Of a DNA stretch of 64,000 nucleotides, positions 57,448-64,000 are shown one piece after another. The notes beneath the pieces are model-generated. The model was not told where the DNA came from. It saw only the letters and a list, made by a program, of their open reading frames with translations, and did no database searches. Made by a program: the position numbers and the translations under genes. How positions within the stretch are numbered: position 1 is the first letter of the stretch; each line of letters opens with the position of its first letter. The stretch is from Candidatus Latescibacterota bacterium (GTDB lineage Bacteria; Latescibacterota; UBA2968; GCA-2709665), in contig OZ242180.1 of the NCBI GenBank assembly GCA_965205485.1, positions 1,184,001-1,248,000 on the forward strand. Direction: 5' to 3'.

Positions 57448-58244
57448 AATACATCGATCTCAATGCATGGTTGGGTTCGTGGCCCTTTCGGGCATTGCGG
57501 GACAATACGCCTGAAACACTCATAGAAAGGCTTGACCGCGCCGGAATCGGCAAGGCCGCCGTGTCCCGAATCGAGGCGATATTGCACCGCAGCGTACAGC
57601 CGGCCAACGAACGGCTGGCGGAAGACCTGGACGGGATTACCGACCGATTGATTCCCATGGCGACGATCAACGCGGCCGATCGGAACTGGGAAGGCGATCT
57701 GCGCCGCTGCCACGAAGAACTCGGGATGAAGGGGGCGCGTCTGTTCCCGCAGTATCACGAGTTCGCCGTTGACGGACCGGAGGCCCGCAGGGTCGTATCG
57801 GCTTGCGCTGAGCGGGGCCTTCCGGTGTTCATACCCCATCGGATCGAGGACGTCAGACAGAGGCACTGGATGGATCCCGGGCGGATGTTGGACCTCAACG
57901 GCGCGGCGAACCTGATTGCCGCGGTCTCCGGGGCGACAGTCGTGATCCCAAACGCACGGGGAATTGCAGGTTCCGCCTTGTGGCAGCGAAGGGAGATCCG
58001 GGACCGCGACTGGTATTTCGACCTGTCCCTCGCGGAAGTCCATTACTCATTGAGCCTAAACGTGAACCAGTTGGGCGATCTGGCGAATTTCATCGACGAG
58101 GGCGGCGCCGACCACCTCGTTTTCGGCACGCACGCGCCGTTTTCCTATCCTTCCGCCGCGAGGGTCAAATGTGCGGTGTTGCCGGTAGATGAGGAAACAC
58201 TGGAAGAGATCTGTTACAAACGGGCTGAACGGATGTTGATTTGA
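57444..58244 (+). CDS. Amidohydrolase-fold protein with degenerate metal ligands
   Basis: IDLNAWLG in place of HxH, RLFPQYH, LVFGTHAPF; ATGA overlap with upstream gene. Confidence 0.8.
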   Translation: MKYIDLNAWLGSWPFRALRDNTPETLIERLDRAGIGKAAVSRIEAILHRSVQPANERLAEDLDGITDRLIPMATINAADRNWEGDLRRCHEELGMKGARLFPQYHEFAVDGPEARRVVSACAERGLPVFIPHRIEDVRQRHWMDPGRMLDLNGAANLIAAVSGATVVIPNARGIAGSALWQRREIRDRDWYFDLSLAEVHYSLSLNVNQLGDLANFIDEGGADHLVFGTHAPFSYPSAARVKCAVLPVDEETLEEICYKRAERMLI

Positions 58245-58563
58245 GTGTACTTGAAACAGATCGCCTGAATTCCGCCTTCAAGTCCCTCGGCTCGCATCCT
58301 ACGATCGGCCAAGGATCCAGTACCTGAGCCGCTCCCTGAGCTTGTCGAAGGGTCGGCGAAGGCAAGTAAATACGGCCAGCAAGTAGCGAAACACGGGCAT
58401 TTCGACAAGCTCAATGACCACGTTTCGAAGAGCTCAATGAACACCAACTTTTCGCCACTGGATGAATCGGCAATAGAACGGCGAGAAGAATTCCGCGACA
58501 GGACATCAGGTCGCGGGTTCAGAAAATTCCGAAAAACCAAACAAGAGTTTATGTCTAAGGACG

Positions 58564-60984
58564 TTGAAGCATGGTCACCACCAACTTGATAACCGGCTGG
58601 ACGGCGCCTGCATACCCGCTCTCGAGACGCCAATGAGCCGGCGCTATCTGCGGATTGCGCAGAAGTGGTGTCCCACCGCGCTCAGCTATTTTGAGGATTG
58701 GGATGGGCGTCCCAACTGCGGGCATTTCTTCGGCGGTGTCCATTGGTACGGTATTGAGTCCGCGGTCCCGCTGCATGCCCTGGCCGCGGTGAGTACGTCG
58801 CCGGAATACGACGAGAAAACCACGGGATTGTCGATCGACAGCCTCCGGGAAGTTGTGATCAAGGCCATCCGATACCTGTGTTTCACGCACGATACGGGCC
58901 CCGAGGAATGTCTGCGGCCGAACACGGGGCTGGGTATGCCGAGGTCCTGGGGCACGAAATGGGGGGAACGGGGCCGGGGGTTTTTCCCTGAAAGCCAGTG
59001 CGGCGGGACCGTTGCGAATATGACCTCTGCCGCCCTGATGTTGCAGCCGTACGTTGACGACGAAACGCGGATGATGCTGGCGGGAATCTGCCTGGATTAT
59101 CTCGAACGGTTCGGAGAGATGGCGCCGAAGAGCGGGGTATTCGCCGATACGCAGATGGAGGAGAACGCGTGGACGGCGCACGGCCTCGCGGCATGCTATC
59201 TGTTTCTGTCCGGACACGAGCGGGCGGAAGCGTGGGAAGCCTGCGCCCGTCGATGGATGTTTTCGGCCTGCGCGGTCCCGCAGGACCGGTTCAACGAGGG
59301 CGCGCTGGAATCAGGGTCCAAGGCCGCGGCGTTGACGGGGAAGACGTTCACCACGCTGCCGGACTACATGGCCGAGAACCACGGGATGGTCCACCCCGGT
59401 TACACCGCCTCAGGGGTGCAGTCGGTGGCCAGCCTGGGACTGCTCTACCGGATGTACGGAAGGATCGAACCTCCGGAGGCCTACTGGAACCGGCAGCGGG
59501 TCTACGATGCGATCAAGCTGCTTACAGATGCGACGGGATCGGCCATGCCGACGCAGGGGATGGACCGCCTCTATCTGGGAGAACAGCACGTGCTGCACGC
59601 ATCGGCATATCTGTTCCTGAAAGACCCGGATGCGGGGTATTTCGAGGAGGTCTCACTGGCGCTCAGAGAAAAGAAACAGGAAGGGAACGGAGGGCGGTTG
59701 ATCGATCCCGTAATTGCCGACACATGCCACGAGGTGGAAGATCCCATGGAAATCAAGGAATCCGAGATGATTGCCGGGATCGTGAAACCCTATCTCCTGC
59801 ACCGGATCATGGATGGAGAAGCGCCGGAGCCCGCGTCGGAAGCGAAGATTGCTGCGAAGTTCAACGGCGTCCGGGTTTTCCCTCATTCCGGGTTCGTGCA
59901 TCATCGACACGCGAAGGGCCAGAATTCCCTGTCCTGGCGCAACTACGTGATGGCGCTGCCGTTCACGCGCGACGGCGTGCACACGGTAGGGCCCAGCCGT
60001 TGGAGCCTGCTGGCCAACGTCACGGTGCGGGACCGGCCGGGAAGCCAGAATCTTCGCGTTTTGCGGATCAACCAGAAGGACGACGGGTTCGCGGCGCTCA
60101 TGGAAAACGACCGGGCCCAGGACGCGATCCGGCAGCGCGTGCTGTGCTGCTCGCTTCCGGATGGACGGATGGTGTGCCATGAACGGCTCGTGGCGCTGCG
60201 GGATTGTACGGTGGAGCGGTTGGATCAGGGATTCATCAGGGTGGTCAACGAAAACTTCCCGCTCGTCGGCGGCGCGTGCGACGGGAAGCGCAATCTGTAT
60301 CACCCCATAGGAACGGAGACGTTTCCCGGGTTTCCGAGCAAAGACCCCGACGACGACGTCGTGTTCGACCTGCGCGACCCGGGCTGGCTGAACGTGGACG
60401 ATCAACTGGGGATCGTGTTCACGGGGACGGGCGGGACCCGCTATGTGAACCGTCACCATTTCCCGCCTTTCAGCTTCAGGGCGGTCGCGGACGATCTGTT
60501 CCTCAGCCTGGAAGAAACGGCGAAGGAATACCGGACCGGAGCGCAGGTTGGCGCGCTCGCCATACTGATCTGCCCCGAGCAGCCGCACGAGGAAACGCCG
60601 GACCAGTTTCTCACGGTCGCCGAGTCGTCGGAAAATACCGTCTGTGTACTCGTGGACGGCTATCTGTGCGCCGGTAACTTCGGGGCGGAGCGGAGTGTAT
60701 GCGCGTTTGCAACAGAGATTGAGCATCCGGTACCGGTTTTTGGAAGCACGACGCGCGTTTCCGGAGAGCGCGTCGAGTATGCCATGCCGATCGAAGGCGG
60801 CGAGGCAGTTTACGCGAAGGAAGTCATGGCGGTCCTGTGCGACGGGGACATTCGCATCGAAGTCGTTCCTGGCGGGGACGCGTACATCACCAATGAAGCG
60901 GGGCGAAGGGTGGATGTGAATATTCTTAAAGACGGGAAAGCACGGGATCTGCGGATGGAAGCGGCACAGGTGGCGCGTATCTGA
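58564..60984 (+). CDS. Uncharacterised ~800-aa protein, possibly polysaccharide lyase-like
   Basis: Helical N-half (DTQMEENAW, ENHGMVHPGY) and beta-rich C-half (WLNVDDQLG); function inferred only. Confidence 0.55.
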   Translation: MKHGHHQLDNRLDGACIPALETPMSRRYLRIAQKWCPTALSYFEDWDGRPNCGHFFGGVHWYGIESAVPLHALAAVSTSPEYDEKTTGLSIDSLREVVIKAIRYLCFTHDTGPEECLRPNTGLGMPRSWGTKWGERGRGFFPESQCGGTVANMTSAALMLQPYVDDETRMMLAGICLDYLERFGEMAPKSGVFADTQMEENAWTAHGLAACYLFLSGHERAEAWEACARRWMFSACAVPQDRFNEGALESGSKAAALTGKTFTTLPDYMAENHGMVHPGYTASGVQSVASLGLLYRMYGRIEPPEAYWNRQRVYDAIKLLTDATGSAMPTQGMDRLYLGEQHVLHASAYLFLKDPDAGYFEEVSLALREKKQEGNGGRLIDPVIADTCHEVEDPMEIKESEMIAGIVKPYLLHRIMDGEAPEPASEAKIAAKFNGVRVFPHSGFVHHRHAKGQNSLSWRNYVMALPFTRDGVHTVGPSRWSLLANVTVRDRPGSQNLRVLRINQKDDGFAALMENDRAQDAIRQRVLCCSLPDGRMVCHERLVALRDCTVERLDQGFIRVVNENFPLVGGACDGKRNLYHPIGTETFPGFPSKDPDDDVVFDLRDPGWLNVDDQLGIVFTGTGGTRYVNRHHFPPFSFRAVADDLFLSLEETAKEYRTGAQVGALAILICPEQPHEETPDQFLTVAESSENTVCVLVDGYLCAGNFGAERSVCAFATEIEHPVPVFGSTTRVSGERVEYAMPIEGGEAVYAKEVMAVLCDGDIRIEVVPGGDAYITNEAGRRVDVNILKDGKARDLRMEAAQVARI

Positions 60985-61206
60985 TGACCGGAGAGAGACT
61001 CAGCAAACGCGGGGAGACGGGAGCCGGTAGACGGTAGAAGAAACCCTTGCCCGATACTTTATTCCTTCTTGCCTCCGGCACGAAAGGAAACCCCTCAAGG
61101 CTGGCAATCTCTACCCTCTCACGTCTTACGTCTCACCCGGTAGTCGGGCGGCCGGGGGGAGAGGTCCCCCTGAAACGACGAATCAATGTCAATCAAGAGT
61201 CATTGA

Positions 61207-62610
61207 ATGGGAAATAGCAAGATGCGGCTGGCGATTTGCGGGATCAGGCACGAAACGAATACCTTCTCCCCGTTGCGCGCGGGCATCGAGGATTTTGACG
61301 TCCTGCGCGGAGATGAAATACTCGCCGACGGACCCTGGCAGGCCGTCGCCAACGTCGAATGGGCGCCCACGCTGGTTTCAAAGGCACAGCCGCACGGGCT
61401 GGTCCTCATGGACGCTTACGAGTCCATGGCAGCAGAAATGGTGGAACGTCTGCACCAGGCATCTCCGGTGGACGGCGTGTACCTGGATCTGCACGGCGCG
61501 ATGGAGATTGAAGGCCTGGGCGACGGGGAACGCGACCTGGTATGCCGCGTGCGCGAGGCGGTCGGCGATGAAATACCGATCGTCGCCAGCCTGGACCTGC
61601 ACGGCAATCTCGCGCCCGAGGTGGTGGAGAAGACCAATGTGCTCACCGCACTGCGGACCGCGCCTCACGTGGACCGGCGAGAGACGCAGGCGCGCGCGAT
61701 CGGACACCTCGTCCGTTGCGTGAAAGAAGATATCCGCCCGGCAAATGCCATCGTAAGGCTGCCCATGCTGCTTCCCGGCGAACACGCGGCTACCGGAGTG
61801 GAGCCCGCCCGGTCCCTGTATGCAGAACTCAAGGAGATAGAAAGTCAGCCGGAGATTATGGATGCGTCGATCATGATCGGGTGCGCGTGGACCGATTCGC
61901 CGTTTACGTCCGTGGCCGCTATCGTGGTTTCGGAGAACAGTAAGACAGCCGGAGAACACGCGGAACGAATGGCGACGGAAATCTGGCGGCGACGCCATGA
62001 ATTCGCTCCGGATGTGTTAACGCTGCCGGTGGAAGACGTCGTTCAGCGCGCGATGCGGGAGATCCGGCATCCCGTGTTCATTTCCGATTCCGGCGACAAC
62101 GTCACGGCGGGCGCGGCCGGCGATATCCCGCTCGTCCTGAAATCGCTGCTCGAGGCCGGCGCCCGGGATGCGGTTGTCGCCGGGATCGCGGATGCCCCGG
62201 CGGTCGAGGCGTGTATCGACGCCGGTGTCGGCGCTGTGCTGACTCTCACGGTGGGCGGCAAACTCGACAGGGTCAATGGATCTCCTGTGGAGGTGACCGG
62301 CCGGGTCGTGTCGATGAATCCGCCGAGGATCGTCGTGTTCCAGGTGGACGGCGTCAGGGTGGTTTTAACGGCTGACCGCATGCCGTTCCTGGACCTGAGG
62401 GCCTTTGAAGAGGCAAACGTGAACCCAACGGAACACGAGATCGTGGTTGTGAAACATGGATACCTCGCACCGGAACTCAGGGAAATAGCAGGAACGGCGT
62501 TGATGGCGGTCAGTCCCGGATGTACGACCCTGGCTCTGGAGACGCTGCCCTATGCAAGGATCCGGCGGCCGGTGTTTCCACTGGACGAGGACGTCGTATT
62601 CTCTCACTGA
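61207..62610 (+). CDS. M81 family metallopeptidase (MlrC-like)
   Basis: HETNTFSP, LDLHGAM, SLDLHGN, RTAPHVD, DSGDNVTAG, VVKHGYL. Confidence 0.92.
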   Translation: MGNSKMRLAICGIRHETNTFSPLRAGIEDFDVLRGDEILADGPWQAVANVEWAPTLVSKAQPHGLVLMDAYESMAAEMVERLHQASPVDGVYLDLHGAMEIEGLGDGERDLVCRVREAVGDEIPIVASLDLHGNLAPEVVEKTNVLTALRTAPHVDRRETQARAIGHLVRCVKEDIRPANAIVRLPMLLPGEHAATGVEPARSLYAELKEIESQPEIMDASIMIGCAWTDSPFTSVAAIVVSENSKTAGEHAERMATEIWRRRHEFAPDVLTLPVEDVVQRAMREIRHPVFISDSGDNVTAGAAGDIPLVLKSLLEAGARDAVVAGIADAPAVEACIDAGVGAVLTLTVGGKLDRVNGSPVEVTGRVVSMNPPRIVVFQVDGVRVVLTADRMPFLDLRAFEEANVNPTEHEIVVVKHGYLAPELREIAGTALMAVSPGCTTLALETLPYARIRRPVFPLDEDVVFSH

Positions 62611-64000
62611 TGGAACCCAGGATGATCTTGATCTGTATAATATTGGCCCTCGCGATCCTATTGAGCTTGATACCTGAACGGCTGAACGCTGAACCGGTAT
62701 TTCGGCCCGATGTCGACCGGAGTCACGTTGCGGGTCTGAAGCATAGCCTGGCGCCCCTGATGGCGTTGTCAGAAGACGAACTGGCGCGGTTGATTCCGGA
62801 CCGGTCCGGTTTCCGGTTTGTGGATTGCCCGAATTGCGAGGGGGGCGCCGAGGAGAATCAGCTGACGTGGTCGATCGAGGATCCCGACCGCGTCTTCTGC
62901 CTGTTCTGCGGCATGTGGTTTCCCAACGAGGTCTACCCGGAAAACGGCGTGAAACGGGTGACCAATCCTCGGGGCGAGATCCAGGAGTATCCGTACTGGG
63001 AAGCCCCGTTTCCCCCGCCTGCGCAACTGCCGCGATCGCTTTCTCATATCGAACCCGATACGAAGTACCGTCACTATTTCCGGGCCAAGGGATGGTACGT
63101 CGCCCGGGAATATTTCTCCGATGCGGCGAATCGCCTCGGGAAGCTCTATCATCTGACCGGGAATCCTTCGTTTGCGCGTAGAGCGGCGTTGATCCTGGAC
63201 CGGTTCGCCCGGGTTTACCCTGGGTATTGCCCAAGGTTCGATCCCGCGTTCCGCCAGAAGGTGATTTTCGAGGGGGATCGCTCCTTTCCCTTTCCGGTGT
63301 CGCCGTATCTGGCGGCAAAGTGGGACTATTGGGCGTATGGCGATATACCTTATAACCTGATCTTCGCCTACGATCTCGTTCGAGACAGCGGACAGGTGGA
63401 CGACGCGATGCGCCGGCGAATCGAGGACGATCTGATTCGCGGCAGCGTTTCCTTTGTGCGGTCGTATCCGATTACGCTGAGCAATATGGACCCTGCGATC
63501 CTTCGGGGCCTGATTTCCGCCGGGCGGGTCCTCGCCGAGCCGGCGTACGTGCACGAAGCCGTGCAGTGGATCGGCGACCTGATCCGGAAGCAGTTCTTCG
63601 TGGACGGGATGTGGCGGGAAACGGCGGTCTCGTATCACAATCAGACGGTGAACGGACTGGCCGACGTAATGGACCTGCTGAAAGGGCATAGCGATCCGAA
63701 GGGATATGTCCATCCGGAAAGCGGTGCGCGTTACGAGAATCTGGATCTGTCTGGCCGGTTTCCGCTCTTCGAAAGAGCCAGGCGGATTCCGGATCTACTG
63801 CGATACCCCAACGGTCGGGTTGTTGCGGTGCACGACACGTGGGCGCGGGAGCATCGCACGCCCACCGAATGCTCCAGCCCCTGGCTTCTTGGCGGCTCCG
63901 GACACGCATGGCTGGGGCGGGGCAGCGGCGCGAACCAGATGCAGGCGCACCTGCACTTTTCGGGAGCATACGGACACGCGCACGCGGACCTGCTGAGTAT
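62610..64000 (+). CDS. Secreted heparinase II/III-family lyase, runs off window end
   Basis: Manual translation MEPRMILICIILALAILLS signal; CPNC...CLFC; DGMWRETAVSYH; GAYGHAHADLLS; missing from ORF track (no stop). Confidence 0.8.
   Translation, partial: MEPRMILICIILALAILLSLIPERLNAEPVFRPDVDRSHVAGLKHSLAPLMALSEDELARLIPDRSGFRFVDCPNCEGGAEENQLTWSIEDPDRVFCLFCGMWFPNEVYPENGVKRVTNPRGEIQEYPYWEAPFPPPAQLPRSLSHIEPDTKYRHYFRAKGWYVAREYFSDAANRLGKLYHLTGNPSFARRAALILDRFARVYPGYCPRFDPAFRQKVIFEGDRSFPFPVSPYLAAKWDYWAYGDIPYNLIFAYDLVRDSGQVDDAMRRRIEDDLIRGSVSFVRSYPITLSNMDPAILRGLISAGRVLAEPAYVHEAVQWIGDLIRKQFFVDGMWRETAVSYHNQTVNGLADVMDLLKGHSDPKGYVHPESGARYENLDLSGRFPLFERARRIPDLLRYPNGRVVAVHDTWAREHRTPTECSSPWLLGGSGHAWLGRGSGANQMQAHLHFSGAYGHAHADLLS

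Overview
GC-rich bacterial window. Its gene content (WD40/LRR/FN3/cadherin proteins with paired EF-hand tags, PhyH dioxygenases, sulfatase, heparinase) resembles sponge-associated Gemmatimonadota/Latescibacterota genomes; this is an inference, not a taxonomic call. Layout: (1) 1-18 kb holds metabolic genes: xylonate-type dehydratase end, Sfp PPTase, BHMT-like methyltransferase, GcvT-family dimethylglycine/sarcosine dehydrogenase, peroxiredoxin, HAD, two PhyH genes, sulfatase and a ThDP enzyme. It is interrupted at 2.2-7.6 kb by a patch with 14 GTAG-type REP palindromes that carries Fic, an orphan MazE, a Phd-VapC toxin-antitoxin pair and RDD. (2) 18.3-49.5 kb is a ~31 kb cluster of secreted modular proteins. 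Four large Zn-metallopeptidases (two metzincin-like, one M60-like, one leishmanolysin-like) and two non-catalytic proteins share one dockerin-like double EF-hand tag, and two of these proteins also carry a cohesin-like domain. This is a candidate cellulosome-like protease assembly. The cluster also contains orphan modules, domain deletions, a sigma54 promoter and a tRNA-Asn-like att scar. (3) 50-54 kb holds an AAA/DUF4143 ATPase and a methyltransferase-hisI-hisG operon preceded by an unannotated His-rich leader peptide and attenuator. (4) 54.6-64 kb is a catabolic cluster (amidohydrolases, lyase-like proteins, MlrC, truncated heparinase II/III). No CRISPR, rRNA, intact tRNA, integrase or transposase was seen. 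Several single-base frameshifts may be sequencing errors. All domain calls are by motif recognition, not database search.
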